Positions 45,760 to 54,702 of a stretch of DNA of 64,000 bases are shown here, in pieces (positions within the stretch are counted from its first letter, which is position 1; the number at the start of each line of letters is the position of its first letter). This DNA is from a virus: the IMG/VR virus record IMGVR_UViG_3300045135_001635; one strand, 5' to 3'. The position numbers were made by a program, and so were the translations under genes. The notes under the pieces are model-generated. The model had not been told where the DNA came from and ran no database searches. It saw only the letters and a list, made by a program, of their open reading frames with translations.

Positions 45760-47745
45760 TTACCCTTCGCAGGCTTTACAGCCACCGTCGTCTTCGATTT
45801 CAAAGTCGGCGTTATTCAACTGTTTCATCATTTCATCATAACCACCGACATAGTTGCCGTCAATGTATATTTGAGGTACAGTCTTAACATCACGACCAGT
45901 TACTTCAGCAGCAGTCTTGCTGATTTCACCTAAGTCGACATAGTCAAACTGAACACCACGTAACGAAAGTTCTTCTTTCGCCATTTCACAGAATGGGCAA
46001 CCTTCCTTACCATAAATAATAGTTCTATCATCACCTTGTAGAGCGACACGTTCCACTTTATCAGAGACCGTTTCGGCTCGGGACTTCGCTTCAGTACGAA
46101 GGTAATATAGACCTTTCAAACCTTTTCTCCAAGCATTAAAGTGAACCTTATTCACATAACGTTTTGGAGCGCCAGATGGGAAGAACAAGTTAACAGACTG
46201 ACCTTGACATATATATTTCTGTCTATCACCTGCGTGTTCAACAACCCAATTCTGATCTAATTCTTGCGCTGTTTTGAAAACAGCTTTCTCGCCTTCAGAT
46301 AAGAAAGGCAAGTGTTGTACAGATCCTCTTTGAGTAATAATACTCGTCCAGATAGAATCTTTATTCATACCCTTTTCTTCAAGTAACTTAATTAAGTAAG
46401 GGTTCTTAACAAGGAACGATCCTGCGCGTGTGCGGTGCGTGTAAGCATTTGCTTTACTTGGTTCAATACTTGGTGAGGTAGATAAGATAACGCCTGACGA
46501 TGCGTTTGGCGCAATCGCTAATAGGTGGGCGTTTCTTCTTCCTGTACCAACACCGTCTGGGTATTCACCACGTTCTTCGGCGAGAAGTTTAGTTTCGGTG
46601 ATCGCTTCTTGGTTGATATACTTAAACACAACATCATTGATCTCTCGGGCTTTATCTGATTCCCATGCCACGCCGTGTTTCTGTAGAAGTGAATGGAATC
46701 CCATAGCGCCGAGTCCCAATGATCTTTCACGTTCGGCTGAGTATCGTGCGCGTGAAATTTCATCTGGTGCGTGTTCAACAAAGTACTGCAAGACATTGTC
46801 CAACATACGGATAAGGTCACGAACAATAGTCGTATCTTTCCATTCATCATAATACTCCAAGTTGAGTGATGATAAACAGCATACCGCAGTACGGTCAGGA
46901 CCAGTTGGTAAATGTATTTCGTTACATAAGTTAGATCCGTGTATCTTTAACCCTAATGCTTTCAAGTTCTTAGGCAAGTCACGATTCGCTGTATCAATAA
47001 AGTTTAAGTATGGTTCGCCTGTACGGAAACGAACTTCTAAGATACGTTCCCATAATTTACGCGCATTCACAGTATCTTTTACCGAGCCATCTTTTGGGTC
47101 ACGTAAATCAAACGTCGTATCATTCATCACCGCAGCCATAAACTCGTCAGTGATATTAATCGCGTTATGAATATTTAACGCTTTACGTTGTACATCACCC
47201 GTCGGAATACGGATGTTTAAAAATTCGATAATATCAGGATGGTGTACATCCATATAAGCAGCATACGAACCCTTACGAGTTTTACCTTGACGATACGCAA
47301 TCATATCAGCGTCAACCGTATGTAAGAAAGGAATCGGTCCAGGAGCGATATCTGATACAGTACGCAAGTCAGACCAATGACCACCTACACCACCACCCAT
47401 TACAGATAACCAACGTAACTCAGAAGAGTGGTCTATCAGTCCGTGTAGCGTATCAGGCACGTACGTAAGGAAACAGCTAATAGGTAAGCCGCGAGTCTTT
47501 TTACCTTCTTCTGGTGCGTTAGAGAGTACAGGAGAAGCGAACATAAACCACTTCTTAGATACGTATTCATATAAGCGTTCAGCAAGTCCTTCGTCAAGTT
47601 CACCTTTAAAGGTAGACCAAGCATAAGACGCTCGAGCATATGCTTGTTGAGGAGATTCTTCTCCTTCAATCATATAAAAATCTTTTAACATTCCTACAGC
47701 GTAGTCGGTTAATAGATCATCACGATCAGTTTGTAATTCAATCAT
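45760..47745 (-). CDS. nrdA: ribonucleotide reductase class I alpha subunit with fused glutaredoxin domain
   Basis: PISCF, SNLCNEI, VCCLSSLN, APNASS, LYYLR; then CPFC...TVPQI...GG glutaredoxin; terminal CKACEG. Confidence 0.97.
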   Translation of the reverse strand: MIELQTDRDDLLTDYAVGMLKDFYMIEGEESPQQAYARASYAWSTFKGELDEGLAERLYEYVSKKWFMFASPVLSNAPEEGKKTRGLPISCFLTYVPDTLHGLIDHSSELRWLSVMGGGVGGHWSDLRTVSDIAPGPIPFLHTVDADMIAYRQGKTRKGSYAAYMDVHHPDIIEFLNIRIPTGDVQRKALNIHNAINITDEFMAAVMNDTTFDLRDPKDGSVKDTVNARKLWERILEVRFRTGEPYLNFIDTANRDLPKNLKALGLKIHGSNLCNEIHLPTGPDRTAVCCLSSLNLEYYDEWKDTTIVRDLIRMLDNVLQYFVEHAPDEISRARYSAERERSLGLGAMGFHSLLQKHGVAWESDKAREINDVVFKYINQEAITETKLLAEERGEYPDGVGTGRRNAHLLAIAPNASSGVILSTSPSIEPSKANAYTHRTRAGSFLVKNPYLIKLLEEKGMNKDSIWTSIITQRGSVQHLPFLSEGEKAVFKTAQELDQNWVVEHAGDRQKYICQGQSVNLFFPSGAPKRYVNKVHFNAWRKGLKGLYYLRTEAKSRAETVSDKVERVALQGDDRTIIYGKEGCPFCEMAKEELSLRGVQFDYVDLGEISKTAAEVTGRDVKTVPQIYIDGNYVGGYDEMMKQLNNADFEIEDDGGCKACEG

Positions 47746-47763
47746 TTATAAAGTCCAATTTTA

Positions 47764-48099
47764 TTATCTAGAATAATCGTAGAAAGGCTCATCTTCTTGG
47801 AACTCATAGTCCTCGATGATCATTTGTTTGCCAGTTTCGATGAATTTGTCACAACAACTTATAATATACTCTAATTGTTGAGATTCGTCAAGAAGTCCTT
47901 CCCACATCATATGATTTAGGAATGAGTTCTTAAAATTTGATACTAAAGAGCGCTCAGGTAAGATGTATTTAGCTTCAACACCTTCAAGTGCGACAAAGAT
48001 AAGCAACTCTTTTTCATAACGTTTTGTTATATCTTTAAGGGATTCCGTAACTTCAGAAAAGATAACGATCTTGTGATCGCCACGTCCTACTATATTCAT
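47764..48099 (-). CDS. hypothetical protein
   Basis: ORF with GGAG SD. Confidence 0.6.
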   Translation of the reverse strand: MNIVGRGDHKIVIFSEVTESLKDITKRYEKELLIFVALEGVEAKYILPERSLVSNFKNSFLNHMMWEGLLDESQQLEYIISCCDKFIETGKQMIIEDYEFQEDEPFYDYSR

Positions 48100-48139
48100 A
48101 ATTTACTCCAATTTATAGGAGTTATTATATAGTATTTTG

Positions 48140-48328
48140 TTACTTTAAGCTACCATTTTTTTGAATAAATCTGCGTAAAATATTTGTTTGATCATCACGC
48201 TTATTTTTACGGTCGTGCTTCTTGCGCATTATTACCGTAGAGTTATCATCACCAGCACCTGGAACGGCACTTGTGGTGTTAGAAATTTCTTCGTTAAACT
48301 TCTTCATAAATTCTTCGAACGTTTTCAT
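48140..48328 (-). CDS. small putative internal head protein
   Basis: N-terminus MKTFEEF resembling T4 capsid-targeting sequence; basic tail. Confidence 0.55.
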   Translation of the reverse strand: MKTFEEFMKKFNEEISNTTSAVPGAGDDNSTVIMRKKHDRKNKRDDQTNILRRFIQKNGSLK

Positions 48329-48888
48329 TTGATTTTCCTTAGTAGTATCGCGGTATTCTCACCGTCGCGACTATCGTAGTTTATCATTTGAACCTTCTCA
48401 TATCCAAAGTCGTCTTTAGAAGTAAAGTGATCAACAAGGTCAATGATGTTTTGGAACCATTTAGGATGATAATCGTCTACAAGTATATATTCAATTCCAG
48501 CATCTTTGGCGAGATGAATGTCTTTGGTTAAACCGTCGACACTATGGTCGCCATCAATAAAGATTAAGTCAAAGTTAGTAATAGATTCCGCGATAACGTT
48601 CTTAGAGTCTGCGTTTTGTAGGTAGAATCTACCTTCATACATTCCCTCTAACAATCTTCCGTTTGGCTCAGTGTATTTGTGACGGCATATATCTAAAGAA
48701 CGATACTGAACGTCAGGGAGCATTTCAAGAGACATATAGGCACTATGACCAGCATTAAATCCTATTTCTAAGATACGCTTTGGTTGTACTATATCATATA
48801 CTTCTTTGAAAGCTGAGATTGTGTTTTCTGTTGGTAGAAGATGACCTTCTACGTAACTACGACCTTCAGTTAAAAATTCGTAGTTCAT
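48325..48888 (-). CDS. class I SAM methyltransferase (Methyltransf_24-like)
   Basis: ILEIGFNAGHS; FDLIFIDGDHS; VDD. Confidence 0.82.
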   Translation of the reverse strand: MNYEFLTEGRSYVEGHLLPTENTISAFKEVYDIVQPKRILEIGFNAGHSAYMSLEMLPDVQYRSLDICRHKYTEPNGRLLEGMYEGRFYLQNADSKNVIAESITNFDLIFIDGDHSVDGLTKDIHLAKDAGIEYILVDDYHPKWFQNIIDLVDHFTSKDDFGYEKVQMINYDSRDGENTAILLRKIK

Positions 48889-49481
48889 TATTTTTTTAGT
48901 TCCGCAGAAGTGATAAGGATTCGTTGCTTTGAACGAAGGTGAGTTGCTTCATATACACTAATACCAAGTACAGTATGAACTGGCTCACCATTAGAGATAC
49001 GTACTTGGTCGTCTTTACGTACAAGTTCTTCACACTGATCAGTAACAGTGTTATTCGCCATACGATATACGCCTTCAGATAAGTTTCCGTTTGGTAATAC
49101 ATACCACTGAGATTGTTCAGCAAGAATGTCGATCATATCTAAGCCAGTATTACTATGAATCTTCTCAACGTTTGAGTTACTAAGTTCACCGTGTTCTTTT
49201 ATTAACGCGAGAGCAGCACCGTAACGAGCAACAACTGAGTTACCGCCAGGAGCTTTCGCTAAAATCTTCTTTAGGTTATAGACAAGTCTATGGAATGAAG
49301 TGTAATGTTCTTGATACAATTGACGATTCGCTAAAGGAATCATATCAAAATCTTTTCGACGCACACCATTCTCATCGATGATACCTGCTTTGTATGCGTC
49401 AGTTTCTTCGATTGGCGTTGTCAGTAGTTTCAAAAAGCGAATCGTGTAAACGATATCCGCTGCTGATTTTAAGATTCCCAT
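48888..49481 (-). CDS. conserved T4-like structural-region protein
   Basis: D..Y..RFLKLL.TP...TDAYK.GIID..G, YT.FHRLV.NLK. Confidence 0.75.
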   Translation of the reverse strand: MGILKSAADIVYTIRFLKLLTTPIEETDAYKAGIIDENGVRRKDFDMIPLANRQLYQEHYTSFHRLVYNLKKILAKAPGGNSVVARYGAALALIKEHGELSNSNVEKIHSNTGLDMIDILAEQSQWYVLPNGNLSEGVYRMANNTVTDQCEELVRKDDQVRISNGEPVHTVLGISVYEATHLRSKQRILITSAELKK

Positions 49482-49837
49482 TTTAATTCTCTCAATTTGC
49501 TTATTACGTATTTATCCATTTCAATGCCTGTAATCTCATCATATTTAATTGCTCTTAAAAAGATGAGGAATGGCTTGAGCGCGTTCCAATGTTCTAACTC
49601 TATTCTATTCGCAAGCATCTCAATCCCTGCTTCATTTCCGAACACATTAAGGATAACTATCAAATGATTTAATACCAAGCGTTCTGATATCTCTCCGGAC
49701 TGCTTATACTTATTCATCAACCTTTTCAAGTACTTAAATCGATTGAGGTCTTCAAAGAATTCTTCTTCGTCGATACAGGTCGGATTATGGTAATGCTTCG
49801 CAGCATAGAGTAGGAAATTATTCTTTGTTAACTTCAT
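49469..49837 (-). CDS. conserved T4-like hypothetical protein
   Basis: L...NF.LYA.K.Y.NP.C...EEF.EDL.RFKY.KRL, ERL.LNH. Confidence 0.75.
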   Translation of the reverse strand: MKLTKNNFLLYAAKHYHNPTCIDEEEFFEDLNRFKYLKRLMNKYKQSGEISERLVLNHLIVILNVFGNEAGIEMLANRIELEHWNALKPFLIFLRAIKYDEITGIEMDKYVISKLRELKWES

Positions 49838-49996
49838 AGTAAGGTTCGTCAATGTACTCGAGTTGATAGTTTACAGGGAGTTTATCTTTAATCTTATTTA
49901 GTTCATCCCTTAACGGTACTCCAGTTGTATGCGCGTTCTTCATACTCTTTGTCGAGGGTATTGATGACGATAACAACGTCATTTTTTCCGAGGGTA

Positions 49997-50034
49997 AAAA
50001 AAATGTCGGGTGAGACAATTAAGACTCCCCGACA
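49997..50034 (-). terminator. probable intrinsic terminator
   Basis: Minus strand GTCGGGGAG...CTCACCCGAC followed by ATTTTTTT. Confidence 0.65.
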
Positions 50035-50059
50035 CTAATACATAATATTTAAACATTCA

Positions 50060-50278
50060 TTATCCGTGAAGGATATTATTATCCTTGAGCTGTTGAATTA
50101 AGGTTGCTTTACGGCGACGGCGATCTAAGTTAAGACCGTGTTGTTTACCTAAAGCGTCAAGTTCTTCTTTAGTCATTTCTTCTAAAGAACGGTGGTTGAC
50201 TGGAGCTTCAGTTAATACTTTTGGCTCCGATTTCTCTTCTTTACCTTTAAAGATAGAATTAATGAAACTCCACAACAT
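50060..50278 (-). CDS. small protein with HeH/Rho-N-like domain
   Basis: L..MTK.EL...G...G..LDRR..K..LI..L. Confidence 0.65.
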   Translation of the reverse strand: MLWSFINSIFKGKEEKSEPKVLTEAPVNHRSLEEMTKEELDALGKQHGLNLDRRRRKATLIQQLKDNNILHG

Positions 50279-50281
50279 TAC

Positions 50282-50512
50282 TTATTCCTCGTCTAACTCA
50301 TCAAAATCGTCGAATTCAACTTCGACAGGATATTCGTGATGTTCGATAACTTCAGCAATATCTTGCTTTTTACCAACACCATTTAGAGCATCGTGCCATT
50401 CTGACACTTGCTTCTTAGTAAACTTCTGAGCTTTTAACAACTCACCTTTAGGGCTTACCCAACCTTTTACAGTTGGCTCTGCGTCTTTACACCAATTTGG
50501 AGCTTTAATCAT
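50282..50512 (-). CDS. conserved hypothetical protein
   Basis: P.W.KDA.PT.KGW..P.GELL. Confidence 0.6.
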   Translation of the reverse strand: MIKAPNWCKDAEPTVKGWVSPKGELLKAQKFTKKQVSEWHDALNGVGKKQDIAEVIEHHEYPVEVEFDDFDELDEE

Positions 50513-50536
50513 CTTACTTTCCTTTTGCTTGAGTGT

Positions 50537-51472
50537 TTAACTTTTACCTAATTTGTCGGCGCTATTACGAGGACCAGCTTTTTTAATAGACTTTCCGCCA
50601 GCTTTAAACGTTATTTCGCGACTTTCTTCTTCTTCATCTTCGAATTCGTCTTCAGATTGTTTATGCTTCGCTATAAACTCTTTAGACTTTGGAGATTCTT
50701 TTGAGTCAATTTCTTCAGGAGCTGTAGCGCCTTTCTTTGGATCTTTAGCTTCTTCTAAATCAGACCACATAGCGATGAATGCTTCACGGGTATCTACAGA
50801 TTCAATCTTAGATATTTCAGCTTTCCCGTCTTTAGTCTTAGGGTTCTTTTTAATATCTTTCTTTTCTTCGTCATCTTTCGAATCAATCGCGTCATCAGTC
50901 GCAGCGCGTCTCTTGTGTAAGTACTCGTCAGAAGAATCTACGTCGCCGTCGTTGTCGATATCTTTATCTTTACGGTCTTTGAACTTTTTATCATTCTCTT
51001 TATCGTTGACTGCGTCAAGCTCTTCTTTCTTAGATTTACAGCTTCCTTCGCCTAACTCAACTTCTTCTAGTAAAGAACCACGACCCTTTTTAAGTTCGAA
51101 TGTAGCCGATTGACCGCGACCTAAACCGTTCGCTCGTAATGTATTACCCATTTTAGATACAGTCGCGCCTTTAATATCAAGAACAGCCATTAGCCAATCT
51201 TCTAACGTTTTAAAGGTTTTTGCGTTTCCGCCCCTAGCTTCGTCTAATGATTCTTTTACAAGGCAATCAGGCGCAAATTTAGAAACTTTACCGTCTATTT
51301 CTACTGAGTAGTATTCGCCTTTTTGCTCAGCGTCCGTCTTTACGACTTTACCGACCTTTCCGGTTTTAGTACACTTTACTTTATCGCCTACATCAAAGTG
51401 GTCTTCGCTAATTGATTTCTCGGAGACCTTCATTGACTTATATGCCTCCATAATTTTTTGTATATTTGACAT
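50537..51472 (-). CDS. highly charged putative internal head/core protein
   Basis: I.EAY N-terminus; repeated (L/I)xE protease-type sites; SH3/KOW-like VGDKVK..TGKVGKV; DxDxDGD motif. Confidence 0.6.
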   Translation of the reverse strand: MSNIQKIMEAYKSMKVSEKSISEDHFDVGDKVKCTKTGKVGKVVKTDAEQKGEYYSVEIDGKVSKFAPDCLVKESLDEARGGNAKTFKTLEDWLMAVLDIKGATVSKMGNTLRANGLGRGQSATFELKKGRGSLLEEVELGEGSCKSKKEELDAVNDKENDKKFKDRKDKDIDNDGDVDSSDEYLHKRRAATDDAIDSKDDEEKKDIKKNPKTKDGKAEISKIESVDTREAFIAMWSDLEEAKDPKKGATAPEEIDSKESPKSKEFIAKHKQSEDEFEDEEEESREITFKAGGKSIKKAGPRNSADKLGKS

Positions 51473-51486
51473 ATCGTCAATCTCCG

Positions 51487-51795
51487 TTAGTTATCGAAAA
51501 ATATTTTAAGTAAAGCGCCAACAACTACTGTAGTGGCGATACTTGCTATAAATTGCATCAGCTTCACAGTTTTACCCTGTTCAGCTAAATCGTCTTCAAT
51601 TTCGTCCATACGAGCCGAGAAACGGTTCATACGTTCGAATTGTTGCTGACTATTCTTTTCTATATTGATAAGCTTTTCTTCGGCTCGAGCTAAATCGATC
51701 ATTGCGTCTGAAAGCTTATCTATTTTATCTTCTATTCTTTCAAGACGCGATTCTTCGCGTTTAACATGCTCTTTTAAGTCGTAGTTATCTGACAT
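51487..51795 (-). CDS. coiled-coil protein with C-terminal TM helix
   Basis: RL.RIE.KIDKL heptads; hydrophobic C-terminus. Confidence 0.65.
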   Translation of the reverse strand: MSDNYDLKEHVKREESRLERIEDKIDKLSDAMIDLARAEEKLINIEKNSQQQFERMNRFSARMDEIEDDLAEQGKTVKLMQFIASIATTVVVGALLKIFFDN

Positions 51796-51851
51796 TTGAT
51801 GCTTACCTTTTATTATTGTTATGGGTTAACATTACAAAAATATTATATAGC

Positions 51852-51859
51852 TATTTATA
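51852..51859 (-). promoter_or_regulatory. late promoter TATAAATA
   Basis: Exact consensus, intergenic. Confidence 0.7.
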
Positions 51860-51864
51860 ATAGA

Positions 51865-52212
51865 TTAATTATCTACTTTAGCACCTGCACGCCACTGGTA
51901 ACAAGACCAATATCTTGCTTTCCACTTAGGACCAGGATCCGAGCAATTATGACGAGCGCGAAAAGACTTACGTCTCGCAGGGTCGTCACGTTTGATTTCC
52001 ATATTTGGATCACCAAAACCAACTTTTACAACATTACCTTTTTCATTTTTTACATATACGTAAAACTTTTTCTTTCCGTCACTTGAACGCGTAGGATTAT
52101 TCAAAGTAACTTTCTTACCTTGATACTCAGCAGCTTCAACGATTAAGTCTGAATACAAGTCATTACACTCACAAATTTCGTCTATTTTGTTGTACTCGTT
52201 AAACCGTTTCAT
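51865..52212 (-). CDS. conserved basic protein, putative internal head protein
   Basis: MKRFNEY; KKFYVYVK...V.FGD......D.P.RRKSFRARH.C.......A.YWSC. Confidence 0.7.
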   Translation of the reverse strand: MKRFNEYNKIDEICECNDLYSDLIVEAAEYQGKKVTLNNPTRSSDGKKKFYVYVKNEKGNVVKVGFGDPNMEIKRDDPARRKSFRARHNCSDPGPKWKARYWSCYQWRAGAKVDN

Positions 52213-52220
52213 TGCTTATC

Positions 52221-52805
52221 CTATGAAATATAAAAGTTTAGTTCAAATGTGTTTTTAGCAGTTTCGCGGTTATACACTTGAATTTGTAATGCTTTACGTT
52301 GTGGCTTACCGCCCTTCGTTAACTTCAATGTATGACGAACCGTTTTACCTCTTCCTGGTTTACCTTGACCAGTTGTGATTTCACGGAAAACATCGTCTTC
52401 ATCAACTTCATAACCTTTCTTCTTTGCTTGGTCAAGGGCGTGACTAATAGCGCTTGAATAGCTATCAAAGAAAACGTCTTTTGATTCATTAACAGATTCT
52501 TTTAACTTATCACCTTCTTGCTTGTAATAATCCATAGAACCAGATACAAATTTCTTCTCAGGGTTTTTCTTCTTCATAGATTTAATAACGTTTTGAGCGT
52601 GTCTCAAGTCTTTGAATTCAACAGGCTTACCGTTCTTCTTCCAAACTTTACCATCAATCCATATTACACGAGTCTTAGCTTCATCAGCTTTACGCTTGGC
52701 AGAAGCCTTACGTTCCATCTCTGCTTCGAATTCGTGTTCTTGACGTTTGAATGAACGCTTACCTCTAACACCATATTCTTTAAGATATTCATTAAAGCGT
52801 TTCAT
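52221..52805 (-). CDS. putative internal head protein
   Basis: MKRFNEYLKE; G.GKP..GKT, K.LQIQVYN...FELN.YI. Confidence 0.65.
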   Translation of the reverse strand: MKRFNEYLKEYGVRGKRSFKRQEHEFEAEMERKASAKRKADEAKTRVIWIDGKVWKKNGKPVEFKDLRHAQNVIKSMKKKNPEKKFVSGSMDYYKQEGDKLKESVNESKDVFFDSYSSAISHALDQAKKKGYEVDEDDVFREITTGQGKPGRGKTVRHTLKLTKGGKPQRKALQIQVYNRETAKNTFELNFYIS

Positions 52806-53134
52806 TAGTTACCCTTACCTGTTTTAATTACTTCCCACTTACCGTCTGTCGACTTCACTTTTTTGTTTCGAATTGCTACTTGCTTCTCGGCGCTCTCTTT
52901 ACTTTTAGCAAGAACTTCCGCTTCGATTTTACCATTCTTATTTCTAAAGGCGACTGTGTAAGTTCCAGTATCTTTATAACTGACTTTGAATTTTTCGTCA
53001 ACAGAACTTTCTTTTGGTACGCAGTTAGGAACTTCTTTACCGTTCTTCTTCTTCATACCAACTTGTTGATAACCTTTCCAACAAGGGTCTTTTTTATTCT
53101 TTAACGATTCTTGAAGTTCTGAAAAAGTTTTCAT
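52805..53134 (-). CDS. putative internal head protein
   Basis: MKTFSELQE; PCWKGY..VG.K.K.GK.VPNCVP motif. Confidence 0.65.
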   Translation of the reverse strand: MKTFSELQESLKNKKDPCWKGYQQVGMKKKNGKEVPNCVPKESSVDEKFKVSYKDTGTYTVAFRNKNGKIEAEVLAKSKESAEKQVAIRNKKVKSTDGKWEVIKTGKGN

Positions 53135-54240
53135 TATTTTTTTCCTGTAATGTGCGTTCGTAACACATGTGGGTCTAATTTTAAATTATTCTTTCTGATA
53201 ACAGCAGCACTATGATATTCTACCCCGTGTTTAGGGTCTGAGTCAAGCGCTTTCTTGACTAATTTTGCTGCTTGGTCATATGCTTTCTTATTTATAGTTT
53301 TTGCGCCGAACTGTTTGAACGTCTTCATCGTACTCAGTTCTTGTACTGGTTGATTCGGAGTATCCTTTTGATACTTCTTACGAAGTTCATCAGTACCTTC
53401 TTCGCCAGCACCACAATCTTCATCAAGCTTCTCAACAGAGTCTAACCATCTACGAGTCTTAACGCCGTTCGTTTCGGTAATAACATAGTTCGCGCCAAGC
53501 ATTGTAACTTCAGCAAGATTACCGCTTTCTTTAACAACGACAATATCGCCTACAGCAAACAACTCACCTTGTACAAACTTCTCTCTTGTTTCGGAAACAG
53601 GTTGAAGTTCAATATGGTTCTTGAACTCTTTGGTCTCTTTCAGACCCATACCAGAACGTACGTCATTGAATAACTTACGTGCGTCACTATTACTCATAGA
53701 CTTAGATACGCCCTGAGAGAATGTTACAAAGTCATTTTTAGAAGCGTTATCACGTTGCTTCGAAGCAGACATACCTTCAACGCCATCTGCATCAGGATCA
53801 CGTGCGCCAGCAGAAACAACTTTAATAGATTGGAAGTTATAGAATCCGTGACGAGCCTTTTCGCCATTATACTTGTTAAGTAATACGTCAAACTGAGTCA
53901 CACGATCATCACCAACAACCATTGTCACGTTTTTGTAACCTTGGTCATATAACACTACCAACGCATCAATCGCTGTTTTGACTTTCTTATCAGCGACGAT
54001 ATTACGTGCGTGTTTTGGAAACATCTTACGTGTATGCTTAATCTTATCAGTGTATGCTAATGGATTCTTTTTCTTATCTTGAGTCTGTGATACAAATACT
54101 TTGTAATCAGATTTACCTGACTTCTTTGCCAACGTATCCATCACTTTACCGTGACCAATAGTTGGAGGATTCATACGTCCGAATGTGAAGAATACTTCGC
54201 GTTGTTCTTCTACAAGGTATTCCGAAAAATTCTTAATCAT
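53134..54240 (-). CDS. HxGH-family nucleotidyltransferase (cytidylyltransferase-like)
   Basis: FTFGRMNPPTIGH, K.NPL, VVG.DR, SAG.RDPD...V.GMSASK.R; start revised to MIKNFSEYL. Confidence 0.85.
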   Translation of the reverse strand: MIKNFSEYLVEEQREVFFTFGRMNPPTIGHGKVMDTLAKKSGKSDYKVFVSQTQDKKKNPLAYTDKIKHTRKMFPKHARNIVADKKVKTAIDALVVLYDQGYKNVTMVVGDDRVTQFDVLLNKYNGEKARHGFYNFQSIKVVSAGARDPDADGVEGMSASKQRDNASKNDFVTFSQGVSKSMSNSDARKLFNDVRSGMGLKETKEFKNHIELQPVSETREKFVQGELFAVGDIVVVKESGNLAEVTMLGANYVITETNGVKTRRWLDSVEKLDEDCGAGEEGTDELRKKYQKDTPNQPVQELSTMKTFKQFGAKTINKKAYDQAAKLVKKALDSDPKHGVEYHSAAVIRKNNLKLDPHVLRTHITGKK

Positions 54241-54676
54241 TCTTTCCACCACCGCGCTTCTTCTGTATTTCAGCTTGACGCACTTTTGGTAATAACTTAC
54301 GTGCGTTACGCTTAATCTTCTGTTGTGCTTGTGGTTTATCTAAACGTTTCTCAATCTCTTTTTTACGAGCATAAGAAAGTTCAGATTTAGGGATATCTTT
54401 GGTGAGTTTCTTTACAAGCATATTACGCGCATTCTTACGTGCGCGAACCTTTAGCTTATCTAAGTTAGCAACTTTACGTTCAGCACGTTTACGACCGATC
54501 GCAATACGAGCCTTGTTACGCTTCATACGTTGAGCGAGTTTACGTCGTTGAGTAATATCCAACGCTTCGTCGTATGTGCCGTCTTTTCTTTTCTCTGCGT
54601 TCTTAGATAACTGTTCGTCATCAGTACCTAAGTAATCTACAGATGTAAATTGTTTGAATGATAATGGCTTGGCCAT
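54233..54676 (-). CDS. highly basic putative internal/prohead core protein
   Basis: LSFKQF N-terminus; DEAL...QRRK; very Arg/Lys-rich. Confidence 0.6.
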   Translation of the reverse strand: MAKPLSFKQFTSVDYLGTDDEQLSKNAEKRKDGTYDEALDITQRRKLAQRMKRNKARIAIGRKRAERKVANLDKLKVRARKNARNMLVKKLTKDIPKSELSYARKKEIEKRLDKPQAQQKIKRNARKLLPKVRQAEIQKKRGGGKND

Positions 54677-54702
54677 CTTTTCGTTCCTTATTGGTTATCC
54701 CA

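Noticed and set aside
49818-50018. 66-aa ORF as called in the track
   Set aside because: Its start lies inside a terminator-like hairpin; a shorter ORF may exist but cannot be supported.
50553-51113. 186-aa Ser-rich plus-strand ORF
   Set aside because: Antisense shadow of a Glu/Asp/Lys-rich gene.
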